DNA of 64,000 nt. Source: Amphiscolops sp. MND2022. Lineage: Eukaryota. The position numbers were made by a program, and so were the translations under genes. Where the stretch lies: the NCBI GenBank assembly GCA_964187785.1, contig OZ076411.1:80476001-80540000 (forward strand), given 5' to 3'. The notes beneath the pieces are model-generated. The model saw only the letters and a program-made list of their open reading frames with translations. It had not been told where the DNA came from and made no database searches. Positions 37,001 through 50,741 of the stretch are shown piece after piece (positions within the stretch are counted from its first letter, which is position 1; each line of letters begins with the position of its first letter).

Positions 37001-40000
37001 GAATCGTTGATGTACTGAAGTTGTTTGAAGAAGGTACTATTTATGGCTCGGTTAGTCTTTTTCTCATCCAAGTATTTTGTCTCCGTATGCTTGCTGCGAT
37101 CCATGATTTGATATCCATATGAACTGTTACTCAGCAACTTCATCGTCTCAGCAACCACGGTGGAGTTTTTGTTTTGATCACCTAATTGTCGGGCCTCAAC
37201 AACTGACTTCACTAATCCCTTGAAACATTTTTCAGGAGTGTACTCAACAAATCGGTGAACCCTTGTACACTCAAGACCCAGCCTTCTGTAGAAATTAAAA
37301 AGCGGAGTTATAACACAACCATTTTCCAAGTGAAAACTAGAAATTAACATTCTGCTGGGTTGCTGGAGCAGTCCTTTTTGGTCAGCATAGGATTTCATGT
37401 ATTCACCAATATCGCTTTTGCTGACGAAACATTTCTTGAAAATTGGAGGAAAATGTTGAAGGTAGCTTTGAAGATTTTTGGGGACTGATAAATCGCATTG
37501 AACAAATCCAAATAGTAAACCATTGTCGATCTGTTGCAGTAGCTGCTGCTCAGACAAAGGTTTGCGAAATGGGAAATTTATCTTCAAATGCGCCTTTAAG
37601 GTCTTGTCATCTCTCACCTGCTTCCACCAAAGGCATTCCCAAACTTCTACTATTTCGTATCCTTTCCCGATGATGAAATTTTTCCGTTCTGCGTCAAACT
37701 TCCTGCGTTCGTGCCATCGTTTCACAATATTAGCATTCGCTTCTTTCTTTACCATTTGACAATCACAGCCATGATAGAAACATCCCATGGCTTCAAACAC
37801 AGTGTTACAGTGTCCACAAAACCCATCCACACTGAAATTATCAATTTTGTGCAGATTCCCGTTGGTATAAATGCTCTGAATCTTGCAATCACTTCGAGTA
37901 TTTTGCAAATGGTCCATCACCATGTTCTCAAAGCGTCTTCGCCGATTCTGAATGGGAATAAACTTTTTCTTTTCAGTATCAATTTCCCATCTAGTGTATA
38001 ACCCCGTTGGCATTTCCTGGCACATAGAGAAAGGATATAATTGACTAGCATCGATTCCAACAATAGTCTTACACAAGTTGTCAGTATAACGTATTTTGGT
38101 TTCCCCAGCAATTGCTTTCCGTGTGAAAACAATGGAAGGTCCACCGACCATATCTTCTCTGATTTTGTTCAAAAGATCTCGATCATGTTCAGTGAACGGG
38201 TAAAATTTTGCATTTGTCGAAGAGTGCAGACATATGTTGGCTAAATTCGGAAGAGTGCAGCCAAGTTTCAGCATGTCGATTCCACGGTCATGATAAAATT
38301 TCATCATTTTTTGCACAGCTTCCAGTGTTGGAACCACATCTTTGTTATTGTACCACTTTAAAAAATCTTTGATTGTTCTCATGTTTTGGGATTCCCAAAC
38401 AGCCTGCAAATGAGAGTAGTTTTCCTTTCCTGTAGGGGGAACAGAGCAAATTCTCATTTCTCGCAAGGCATCTTTTTCGGTACAACCATTGAGAAGTAAA
38501 TTTTCGAACTTTTTATAAACGGCTTCCAGAGGATTCTGATTTCGAAGCTTGCTGAAAAAAATCTGTATATGATGGAAGGTGTTCATTGTCAAGTTTTGTT
38601 ACACAGTCAAACCATTCATAAGGGAAGAAACCCTTAGTCTCCGAAGATTCGTAAGCTTTTAAAAATGAATCTAGAGTTGTTGCTCCACCAATGAAATTCA
38701 TGAAATCGAGCATCTGCACATTACCAAATTTGAAGGAGATGAATTGATTGGTTTTTTTATTGACACGAGGTTGCAAACCCTTTTCCTTGATCAGAATTGG
38801 AATGAAATATGATTTTATAAGGTTCAAATCATACCTAGCACTGTTGAAGCCAAAAACTGGAAACGTTGATATGTAATTATCTAGGGTTTCCTGTAGGTCG
38901 AGTAAATCCCGTTTTCTTTGGTTTAAAAACTTGCTGGAGAATTGTTGTGCTGACCTTTTCAATAAAGCCGATTCCTCCAAGATTATCTTGTCAGAGAGCT
39001 CCTCTAGCTTCTCACTAACAGCTGCGGTAACGTCTGCAAATTGTGAATGCATTTGGTCTCGGCTTTCATTTGCAAGATTTTCCAACGAATCCACGAATTG
39101 AGTTACCACTTTGATCGGTTGTGGGTCACATATAAATATGGGACTTTTGAGAAGGTTAGAAGATATTGATACGGAAATGGGCTCATGCTTACCCACCCAT
39201 GAAGTTGAATTGTTTGACACGGAATTGTTTTCCGACACGCAAATTGATTCGAAATCGAAAATTGCGAGATTTTTAAAAAGTCGGTAATCTTCTGGAACTG
39301 TAATTCCAAATTTCGAAAGTTTCTCGAACACTGTTTCCTTCAATTGGTACGCGGAGTTTGGGAATTTTTCCCTAACTTTTTCACTACAAACTGGCAAATG
39401 ACGGCGCAAATTGGAATGCTTCTGGAAAAACGTGTTACAATTTTCACACCGGAAGCAATTGAAAACAGCACTGAGGTCCTTCGTGTAACAGATGTGGTTC
39501 TGGTAACTCAGAAGCGTAACGCTTCTGGAATGTTTATTGATACTGCGTCGTGATAAAACCCCAACTAGCTGATCATTTTCAGCTTCGATTTCGTAGATGC
39601 TGATGTTCAGCCCTGTTAGATCTTCTATGTCATTGATTGCTTCTAAGGTTACCCCGTCGAAATCGTTAATATCCACTTTACAGTGTTCCAGAAATCGTTG
39701 GAAAAGATTCGCTGTCTGTTCCTCCAAATTTTGTTTGCCTGTGAGGTGAAATGCAACAGCTCTTAATAAGCACAAGTTGTCGTTGTAGGGTTTGTACGAG
39801 GAATTGGTTGATAGACAGAATATCTTCTTGTTTTTGAGGATGCATGAGGGAATTTCCAGGTTTTGACAACCTAATGGGATTTCTTTCAGAATTGCAGCAA
39901 AAACAGTCATATTTGTAACAAAAGCAAATTTCCATTTTGTGTTTGGTCGCTCTCGTGTGGCTCTTTCAACGAAGTCTTCCAGGGAAAGTTTTGCTATGAT

Positions 40001-42206
40001 ATTGTCAAGGTCTTTTTCTTTACTCAAAATTTGTGAAGTATTGAAAATGAGTGAGTTTTCGTGAGCATAATATAAGCGGTAATAATCGCTTTCAATATTA
40101 CGGAGGACAAAACCCAGGCTGACATTGATTTTAGCAGTGTTGTCAAGGTTGGCGAACACTAGTCGAAGTTTTTCAGCCATCACTGCTGGACTCAATTCCG
40201 TCAAAGCGAAGTTGAAAACATGTTGTTTTCCGCGAATTGATTCCGAATCAACAAGAAAGTATTCAACATTGTGGAGTTCTTCCCGAAGTTGTTGATTCGC
40301 GTGATCCCCCATGATTGTGTCTAGGTCAACCTTTCCTGAAAGTGTAACATTCGACTGTGACAGACTACCATGGAGAGTTTGCTTATGTTTGCGGACAGCG
40401 TAGAAACTGTGGAATGTTAGCATACACTCAGTGCAAGTGAATTTTTTTGTCAAGTCTTCTTTGCGATGTTTTTCTGCTGTGTGGTAATCCAGTTCTTCCT
40501 TGCTCTTCGCTGTGAATTTTGGACATTCGGGACAGAATAAACTTCCTCTCATGCACGACTTGTTGTTTTTGGCAACTCTTTTCCCACATTTGTCACATTC
40601 AATGGGTTTGTTTCTATCCAGAGCTGGCATTTAATGGTCTGAAAGTAGCAATCTTCAACGTGAAAAGAATGAAATATTCAAATTGGAAAGGGATATTTTC
40701 GTGTAGTAAAATAGAAGTTGACCAAAAAGATCCTAATTGATTATGCCGCGTTGGAATATGACTTCTGATTTAATGTCTAATCAAAAGAGGTTTCATCGCA
40801 GTAGAACAAAACTTTTCCATATGTTTTACGGTCAAGGAGGTTTAAGAAGCCCAAAATTTTGTGTGTACTCGAAAATGGTTTTAGGAAAAATAATTTTGTT
40901 TGTGATCGGTTTCGAACACAAAAGTCTTTTCCTACAACACAAATCTTTGTTGACGTGAATTTGTAGAAACTTGGATATGGGATATGGGTAATGAATGAAA
41001 AAAACGAAAATTCATATTAAAATACATTGATATCGAGAAGTGATTCGTAATGACTAAACGCTAAATCGAACACTTGGAGTCTCGTTGTCGGTGATTGAAA
41101 TCTATACCTTTAGGAACAGACTGAAAAGGAAAAAAATGTTTTTGTTTGTTGTATTGCAGCGGTTATCTCGGAACGAGTTTTTTAGGTGTACTACACTCAA
41201 TGTGGCACTAAAGGTTCTTAAATTGAATCACGTGAGAGTAATCCTGAATCAGTTGTTTTTGGCACAAGATCAAACTTCAAAGCGAAAGCGGGGCAACGTA
41301 ATAAGAGTTCGCGATTGATTATGCGTGTGTTTAGTCAATGCCGCCTTTCAAGATTTCATTTTGAGTCACCCACACTAATGCATGATTGCTGTATCGAAAC
41401 GGATGAACTGGAGCGTCATGCTGAGTAGACATTGAAGTGGCATTCAATTATCTAATGCAGCTGTAGTCTTTGAAGTTTTCTTTAATTGTGTGTTGTCACA
41501 GATTTCGAATTTGAATCACGTGGACATATTTGGTAATTGTTATATAGACTGATTGACAAGAGCGTCATGCTGTATAGACATGAAAGGGACGCCGACATCC
41601 TTTTTTTTGTGTATCCGGTTCACTTTCACGAAGCCCTTTTAATCTTTCAAGCGTTCAATTTTTGCGTTTTGCCTATTGAATCATGCGTATTTCGAGTTTA
41701 TGACTAGTATAAAAATGACAATTTCATGTTTGAAACTCAATGCCTTGTTTTAAAAAGTAAAACATAAGGTTGATTTTCCGAAAAAGAAAAATCCATGTTG
41801 ATTTCAACCAGATAACGGGATTAATGACAGATCTGAAAGAATTTTATAGTGAAATTCGTCGCTAGACATATGTAGAATAGAACTAATTGTCTCGGTGTCC
41901 AGTAGACCTTACAACGCAACACGAAATCTTTTGAATTATGTATATCTGGAATGTTTGCCAAAGTTATGTAAATGGTTTTCTCCGAAACTCATTCTTGGGC
42001 CCCAAACAATTTGAAGAACATCTCCAGAGTAAGTGAGATCTTTTTAAAAACTACAGATAGTGTGGTCAGCAAAAAATCATTGCATTGTCAAAAATTGAAT
42101 TGAGCGTTCTTGTAGTCAGTTTTATATGCCAATTTCAGTTTTCTGACTCTTATATTCTAACCCGCGTGGATATGTTTGAAATTGAGTGAGCACGAGTTTT
42201 TGGAAC
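34091..42206 (+). repeat. Left arm (~8.1 kb) of giant inverted repeat
   Basis: Reverse complement of 42623-50741 throughout. Mirrored ORF pairs include 41085-41318/43516-43749, 40737-40958/43877-44098 and 34738-34959/49870-50091. Confidence 0.97.
36328..40630 (-). pseudogene. polB: Protein-primed DNA polymerase B (Polinton type) with N-terminal C2H2 fingers and a VSR-like insertion, left copy, 3 frameshifts
   Basis: ExoI AIFDFES, ExoII VFGFNSARYD, ExoIII YNNKDV; Pol motifs GIDASQLYP, KLLSNSSYG, EMDTDS, KFSSKG; C-terminus TYEQSKKGLSYFYPKR..DGIHTDPLDI. Frameshifts at ~38555 (A7 run), ~36590 and ~36420. Confidence 0.95.
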
Positions 42207-42622
42207 ATGTCATTTATGGAGTAGCTCGAAAGCTTGATGTGGTCATTACTGGATTGTTATCCAGGTTTCGAGTATCTTCCTATTCAGCAAACACGAAAAA
42301 AAATTAGAAGGAATGACACCTTCAATTATAATTTGAGCAAGTAGTGTGCCAAATTACTATTAATAACATGTTGGTAGGCTAATTCAACAGTTAGGTTTTT
42401 CGAGTTGAAGCTCTTAAGGTTTGATCAGCAGAGAATTCGGAGATTAAAAAGAATTAAAATGGTCGAATGTCAGAATTACTAGTGGACATTGAGAGATTAG
42501 CCACGAACTGAATAAACAAGACAGAACGTACCTAACCAAAAAAAATCATCTTGAAAATCAATGATTGGCTGATAACGTTACTACAACGCTACCGATGATG
42601 AATGAATCAAACATGCGAGCTA
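42207..42622. other. Unique central spacer of the palindrome (~415 bp)
   Basis: Arm-to-arm complementarity decays at ~42206/42623, with only weak residual similarity for ~35 bp inward. Confidence 0.85.
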
Positions 42623-45600
42623 GTTCAGAAAATCATGCTCACTCAATTTCAAATATATCAACGCGGGTTAGAATATAAGAGTCAGAAAACTGAAATTGGC
42701 ATATAAAACTGACTACAAGAACGCTCAATTCAATTTTCGACAATGCAATGATTTTTTGCTGACCACACTATCTGTAGTTTTTAAAAAGATCTCACTTACT
42801 CTGGAGATGTTCTTCAAATTGTTTGTGGCCCAAGAATGAGTTTCGGAAAAAACCATTTACATAACTTTGGCAAACATTCCAGACATACATAATTCAAAAG
42901 TTATTAATTTCGTGTTGCGTTGTAATGTCTACTGGACACCGAGACAATTAGTTCTATTCTACATATGTCTAGCGACGAATTTCACTATAAAATTCTTTCC
43001 GATCTGTCATTAATCCCGTTATCTGGTTGAAATCAATATGGATTTTTCTTTTTCGGAAAATCCACCTTATGTTTTACTTTTTACAACAAGGCATTGAGTT
43101 TCGAACATGAAATTGTCATTTTTATACTTGTCATAAACTCGAAATACGCATGATTCAATAGGCAAAACGCAAAAATTGAACGCTTGAAAGATTAAAAGGG
43201 CTTCGTGAAAGTGAACCGGATACACAAAAAAAAGGATGTCGGCGTCCCTTTCATGTCTATACAGCATGACGCTCTTGTCAATCAGTCTATATAACAATTA
43301 CCAAATATGTCCACGTGATTCAAATTCGAAATCTGTGACAACACACAATTAAAGAAAACTTCAAAGACTACAGCTGCATTAGATAATTGAATGCCACTTC
43401 AATGTCTACTCAGCATGACGCTCCAGTTCATCCGTTTCGATACAGCAATCATGCATTAGTGTGGGTGACTCAAAATGAAATCTTGAAAGGCGGCATTGAC
43501 TAAACACACGCATAATCAATCGCGAACTCTTATTACGTTGCCCCGCTTTCGCTTTGAAGTTTGATCTTGTGCCAAAAACAACTGATTCAGGATTACTCTC
43601 ACGTGATTCAATTTAAGAACCTTTAGTGCCACATTGAGTGTAGTACACCTAAAAAACTCGTTCCGAGATAACCGCTGCAATACAACAAACAAAAACATTT
43701 TTTTCCTTTTCAGTCTGTTCCTAAAGGTATAGATTTCAATCACCGACAACGAGACTCCAAGTGTTCGATTTAGCGTTCAGTCATTACGAATCACTTCTCG
43801 ATATCAATGTATATTAATATGAATTTCGTTTTTTTTTCTTTCATTACCCATATCCCATATCCAAGTTTCTACAAATTCACGTCAACAAAGATTTGTGTTG
43901 TAGGAAAAGACTTTTGTGTTCGAAACCGATCACAAACAAAATTATTTTTCCTAAAACCATTTTCGAGTACACACAAAATTTTGGGCTTCTTAATCCTCCT
44001 TGACCGTAAAACATATGGAAAAGTTTTGTTCTACTGCGATGAAACCTCTTTTGATTAGACATTAAATCAGAAGTCATATTCCAACGCGGCATAATCAATT
44101 AGGATCTTTTTGGTCAACTTCTATTTTACTACACGAAAATATCCCTTTCCAATTTGAATATTTCATTCTTTTCACGTTGAAGATTGCTACTTTCAGACCA
44201 TTAAATGCCAGCTCTGGATAGAAACAAACCCATTGAATGTGACAAATGTGGGAAAAGAGTTGCCAAAAACAACAAGTCGTGCATGAGAGGAAGTCTATTC
44301 TGTCCCGAATGTCCAAAATTCACAGCGAAGAGCAAGGAAGAACTGGATTACCACACAGCAGAAAAACATCGCGAAGAAGACTTGACAAAAAATTCACTTG
44401 CACTGAGTGTATGCTAACTGAGTGTATGCAGAGAGTGTATAAGCAAACTCTCCATGGTAGTCTGTGACAGTCGAATGTTACACTTTCAGGAAAGGTTGAC
44501 CTAGACACAATCATGGGGGATCACGCGAATCAACAACTTCGGGAAGAACTCCACAATGTTGAACACTTTCTTGTTGATTCGGAATCAATTCGCGGAAAAC
44601 AGCATGTTTTCAACTTCGCTTTGACGGAATTGAGTCCTGCAGTGATGGCTGAAAAACTTCGACTAGTGTTCGCCAACCTTGACAACACTGCTAAATCAAT
44701 GTCAGCCTGGGTTTTGTCCTCCGTAATGCTGAAAGCGATTATTACCGCTATTATTATGCTCACGAAAACTCACTCATTTTCAATACTTCACAAATTTTGA
44801 GTAATGAAAAATACCTTGACAATATCATAGCAAAACTTTCCCTGGAAGATTTCGTTGAAAGAGCCACACGAGAGCGACCAAACACAAAATGGAAATTTGC
44901 TTTTGTTACAAATATGACTGTTTTTGCTGCAATTCTGAAAGAAATCCCATTAGGTTGTCAAAACCTGGAAATTCCCTCATGCATCCTCAAAAACAAGAAG
45001 ATATTCTGTCTATCAACCAATTCCTCGTACAAACCCTACAACGACAACTTGTGCTTATTAAGAGCTGTTGCATTTCACCTCACAGGCAAACAAAATTTGG
45101 AGGAACAGACAGCGAATCTTTTCCAACGATTTCTGGAACACTGTAAAGTGGATATTAACGATTTCGAGGGGGTAACCTTAGAAGCAATCAATGACATAGA
45201 AGATCTAACAGGGCTGAACATCAGCATCTACGAAATCGAAGCTGAAAATGATCAGCTAGTTGGGGTTTTATCACGACGCAGTATCAATAAACATTCCAGA
45301 AGCGTTACGCTTCTGAGTTACCAGAACCACATCTGTTACACGAAGGACCTCAGTGCTGTTTTCAATTGCTTCCGGTGTGAAAATTGTAACACGTTTTTCC
45401 AGAAGCATTCCAATTTGCGCCGTCATTTGCCAGTTTGTAGTGAAAAAGTTAGGGAAAAATTCCCAAACTCCGCGTACCAATTGAGGGAAACAGTGTTCGA
45501 GAAACTTTCGAAATTTGGAATTACAGTTCCAGAAGATTACCGACTTTTTAAAATTCTCGCAATTTTCGATTTCGAATCAATTTGCGTGTCGGAAAACAAT

Positions 45601-48600
45601 TCCGTGTCAAACAATTCAACTTCATGGGTGGGTAAGCATGAGCCCATTTCCGTATCAATATCTTCTAACCTTCTCAAAAGTCCCATATTTATATGTGACC
45701 CACAACCGATCAAAGTGGTAACTCAATTCGTGGATGCCTTGGAAAATCTTGCAACTGAAAGCCGAGACCAAATGCATTCACAATTTGCAGACGTTACCGC
45801 AGCTGTTAGTGAGAAGCTAGAGGAGCTCTCTGACCAGATAATCTTGGAGGGATCGGCTTTATTGAAAAGGTCAGCACAACAATTCTCCAGCAAGTTTTTA
45901 AACCAAAGAAAACGGGATTTACTCGACCTACAGGAAACCCTAGACAATTACATATCAACGTTTCCAGTTTTTGGCTTCAACAGTGCTAGGTATGATTTGA
46001 ACCTTATAAAATAATATTTCATTCCAATTCTGATCAAGGAAAAGGGTTTGCAACCTCGTGTCATTTAAAAAACCAATCAATTCATCTCCTTCAAATTTGG
46101 TAATGTGCAGATGATCGATTTCATGAATTTCATTGGTGGAGCAACAACTCTAGATTCATTTTTAAAAGCTTACGAATCTTCGGAGACTAAGGGTTTCTTC
46201 CCTTATGAATGGTTCGACTGTGCAACAAAACTTGACAATGAACACCTTCCATCATATACAGATTTTTTCAGCAAGCTTCGAAATCAGAATCCTCTGGAAG
46301 CCGATTATAAAAAGTTCGAAAATTTACTTCTCAATGGTCGTACCGAAAAAGATGCCTTGCGAGAAATGAAAATTTGCTCTGTTCCCCCTACAGGAAAGGA
46401 AAACTACTCTCATTTGCAGGCTGTTTGGGAATCCCAAAACATGAGAACAATCAAAGATTTTTTAAAGTGGTACAATAACAAAGATGTGGTTCCAACACTG
46501 GAAGCTGTGCAAAAAATGATGAAATTTTATCATGACCGTGGAATCGACATGCTGAAACTTGGCTGCACTCTTCCGAATTTAGCCAACATATGTCTACACT
46601 CTACGACAAATGCAAAATTTTACCCATTCACTGAACATGATCGAGATCTTTTGAACAAAATCAGAGAAGATATGGTCGGTGGACCTTCCATTGTTTTCAC
46701 ACGGAAAGCAATTGCTGGGGAACCAAAATACGTTATACTGACAACTTGTGTAAGACTATTGTTGGAATCGATGCTAGTCAATTATATCCTTTCTCTATGT
46801 GCCAGGAAATGCCAACTGGGTTATACACTAGATGGGAAATTGATACTGAAAAGAAAAAGTTTATTCCCATTCAGAATCGGCGAAGACGCTTTGAGAACAT
46901 GGTGATGGACCATTTGCAAAATACTCGAAGTGATTGCAAGATTCAGAGCATTTATACCACCGGGAATGTGCACAAAATTGATAATTTCAGTGTGGATGGG
47001 TTTTGTGGACACTGTAACACTGTGTTTGAAGCCATGGGATGTTTCTATCATGGCTGTGATTGTCAAATGGTAAAGAAAGAAGCGAATGCTAATATTGTGA
47101 AACGATGGCACGAACGCAGGAAGTTTGACGCAGAACGGAAAAATTTCATCATCGGAAAAGGATACGAAATAGTAGAAGTTTTGGAAAGCCTTTGGTGGAA
47201 GCAGGTGAGAGATGACAAGACCTTAAAGGCGCATTTGAAGATAAATTTCCCATTTCGCAAACCTTTGTCTGAGCAGCAGCTACTGCAACAGATCGACAAT
47301 GGTTTACTATCTGGATTTGTTCAATGCGATTTATCAGTCCCCAAAAATCTTCAAAGCTAACTTCAACATTTTCCTCCAATTTTCAAGAATTGTTTCGTCA
47401 GCAAAAGCGATTTTGGTGAATACATGAAATCCTATGCTGACCAAAAAGGACTGCTCCAACAACCCAGCAGAATGTTAATTTCTAGTTTTCACTTGGAAAA
47501 TGGTTGTGTTATAACTCCGCTTTTTAATTTCTACAGAAGGCTGGGTCTTGAGTGTACAAGGGTTCACCGATTTGTTGAGTACACTCCTGAAAAATGTTTC
47601 AAGGGATTAGTGAAGTCAGTTGTTGAGGCCCGACAATTAGGTGATCAAAACAAAAACTCCACCATGGTTGCTGAGACGATGAAGTTGCTGAGTAACAGTT
47701 CATATGGATATCAAATCATGGATCGCAGCAAGCATACGGAGACAAGATACTCGGATGAGAAAAAGACTAACCGAGCCATAAATAGTACCTTCTTCAAACA
47801 ACTTCAGTACATCAACGATTCAGTGTATGAAGTGGAGCTAGTCAAAGCCGAAATAGAACATCGGGAACCGATAATTGTAGGCTTCTTCATTCTTCAATAC
47901 GCTAAGCTCAGAATGTTGGAGCTTTATTATAACTTCTTCAAGCAGTACTGTGACGAAAGCAAGTTCGAGGAATTGGAAATGGATACAGACTCTCTCTATT
48001 TAGCCTTAGCAGAGAACGACATTACTGATTGTATCAGACAAGATAAACTCGAAGAGTGGTCAGACATCAGAAAAGAGGACTGTTGTAATAACTTTGAGGC
48101 AGACAGTTTGAGTAACTTCTTCCCTCGAACATGTTGCTCTACCCACTCTCAGCTTGACAAACGAGAGCCCGGCTTATTCAAGGAAGAGTTCCGTGCAACA
48201 GAAATGATTTGCTTGTGTAGCAAAACATTGTTGCTATGATTCACAAACCAAGAAAACGAAGTTCAGCAGTAAGGGTTTAAACAAGCACTTTTTGAATGAG
48301 TCATCAGACGGTCCTCTCCAGAAATACAGAAAAGTTTTGGATGACGTTTCGGATATCGGATCGATTAATCCAGGGTTCAGGGTGCGAAACCATGCCGTTT
48401 ATCTTACCAACAATCCAAGAAAGGTTTATCATATTTTTACCCGAAGCGTAAACTGCATTCAGACGGAATCCACACAGATCCTTTGGATATATGAGAATCT
48501 AGGGTGCTTTTTCTGCAAGTACAGCATTGCACCGAAATTGCACGATGCTAAAACGATCAGTTGACTCGCCTTCAACAACAATAAGCTATTAACTTTGTTT

Positions 48601-50741
48601 TTGTGATTGTAAATGTATTACTTCATTTTCCGTCCCAGTGAGCAGTTGTTTCTAAAGATGACTTCGTTCAAACTTAAAGACTCAAATTTACTGTCATGTC
48701 AATGTTATCATTTGTAATGCGTGTGCTTTTTAGGATATAGCGCTAGTAAAAGTAACTCCACGTGTATACAGAAAAATATTAGAATACGATCTGATCGACA
48801 GTATTGCTTGTCAGTGGAGTATTATGAAACCTTATTTGGTTAAAATATACCACGTTTAATCCTAATCAACTTCTTAACTATGTCTTATGGTGTAGTGCTT
48901 TTGTTTGGTGGTTATATTGTCTGCAATTTGCCGCTTTCGTATATTTAATCCTCGATTTTGTTTATATTCATTTTCTTCTCGGACTTTGGAACTTGAGACC
49001 TGGATTATATCGGATTCGCATGCCGTATGTAAAAAAACATGCTCGTAATTTTAGCTGAAATTCATTTTTTATGTGTCATTCCAATTTGAGATTATTGGTA
49101 GGAATTGTTTCTAAAACATTTTCATTCATGTTTGATTATGACGTCTCAATATTCATGTCAAAACAACTGAATTTCATGGGTTTAATTGATAAACCTCGAA
49201 CAGTATTCACTTACAGTCATCGCTGTTCGATTAATCAAAATTATTTCCACCCGGGTAGATAAATGTAGTGAATTAAGTGCTAGCTGGAAATCTCGTGTTG
49301 TCGATACGAAAATTTTCAATTGGAACTAGTTCTTTACTATGTCTTGTGCAGTGTAATTTGGGCGTAACTTGTTGAAATTAAACACATCTTTGATTCAATT
49401 AACTATCAATGATAATCTTTTTCCCTTGAAGTGGATGATTTAAGAGGTCAACAAATGAATTCTATGATTACCTTTCATAAGCGTGTTTCACTTTTCGAGC
49501 AAAGTAGAAAACTGGTTGTGTAGTCGAACTGAATCTGATTGTGATTCATCGTTTCACCGGCATTCTTGTAACATTAACAGGAACAGTGTCCCCGAAATGA
49601 AAGTGTCTTGAAAGTACCTTCAAAACATTACATGGAGCTGATTTTGTATGAAAGATAGGCTACAATTAAAAAATATTCAATGTACTCTCAACAAAAAGAA
49701 GTATCTACTGAAATATATGCAACATACGTAAATCCTTGTAATGCTTGCTTCATACTCAACTAATGAAAATTTTTAAATCGTTGCATTGGAATAACAAACG
49801 TGCCTAGAATAGTCGTTTATTGTTTCATTTAGAAAGTGACTGGACACATTTGGTGCTATATTCAGACTTTTATTGCGGTCTATAGAAAACACCCAAAAGC
49901 TGTAGACGAAAATCGGAGGGCTCCCGTGTGTCTGATATTTGCTCATCCGTATATTGAAATGCATATCCAGAATCAAGGAGTTTTCTAATATTAAAAATAT
50001 TTCTCCATGTTATTGAAGTCATCTTTGTAAAGATAATTGTTTGAACGCCATCTGCTCTTTGTGTTTCCTGTATAGGACTGTTTCCTTTCATATATTAATC
50101 CGCATAATGCAACACAACATCACTTCGTCCAGTGACTCAATAGTTGCTATTAGTTTTCAATGTAATGACACTCTGGAATTTTTGCGGTCTTTTGTCATAG
50201 TCATTCCTGATGTACCAGTTTTTTTTTGGATTTGTCTTCAGTAGTCAATTTAAGTTTTTCTCAATTGTGTGAGAAATATTCAAAAGACTAAAAGTGTCGA
50301 CCATGGAAATATTTTCCCATGGACTTCCAATTTTTTGATGTCCTGTCAAAATGTCCAATGGAATTTTTCCATTCATTTTTTCAAATATTTGTGATGCTTG
50401 AAACACGTTTCATCAATTTTTCGAATGTTTCAGATCATTTATAAGCCTTTTTCAAATTTTTCGATTTTTCGAAATTTTGCATGTGGAGATCAGGGGGGGG
50501 GGTGTATGTACTTTTTCGAAGATTTTTTCCCCGGATTTCAAAAATTTTCGGGATTGAGCGTGTGACTCATTTATTTCCTCGGAAATTCCGTTGGGTCGAA
50601 AAAAAAATATTTTTTTGGACCCCCCCGTCCTGGGGACCCTCGTATATAACAACCAACTACTCGCCTGGATCTGGATCTAGGCCCTATCTTAATACATGGG
50701 GGTCCCCTACCCCCTGTCTGATCGGCTCTCATATTACTACT
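42623..50741 (-). repeat. Right arm (~8.1 kb) of giant inverted repeat
   Basis: Reverse complement of 34091-42206, with scattered substitutions and small indels. Confidence 0.97.
44205..48494 (+). pseudogene. polB: Protein-primed DNA polymerase B, right copy, multiply disrupted
   Basis: Same motifs as the left copy, split over ORFs 44205-44417, 44513-44800, 44797-46014, 46105-46905, 46746-47360, 47424-48239 and 48292-48564. Confidence 0.95.

Larger units (their letters stand above)
34091..50741. mobile_element. Palindromic Polinton/Maverick-type element (16,651 bp), polB-only, non-autonomous
   Basis: Ends AGTAGTAATATGAGAGCCGAT...ATCGGCTCTCATATTACTACT. 6-bp TSD ACTATT at 34085-34090 and 50742-50747. 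Encodes two pPolB copies. Confidence 0.93.

Noticed and set aside
37443-39935. Small ORFs overlapping polB on the opposite strand or in other frames (and their mirrors at 44889-47379)
   Set aside because: Shadows of the polB frame. Their recurrence is due only to the palindrome.
34091-50741. Giant inverted repeat as a pure assembly or fold-back read artefact
   Set aside because: The TSD is present on both outer ends with different flanks, and the arms differ by many substitutions, indels and a templated replacement. Read-level confirmation is still needed.
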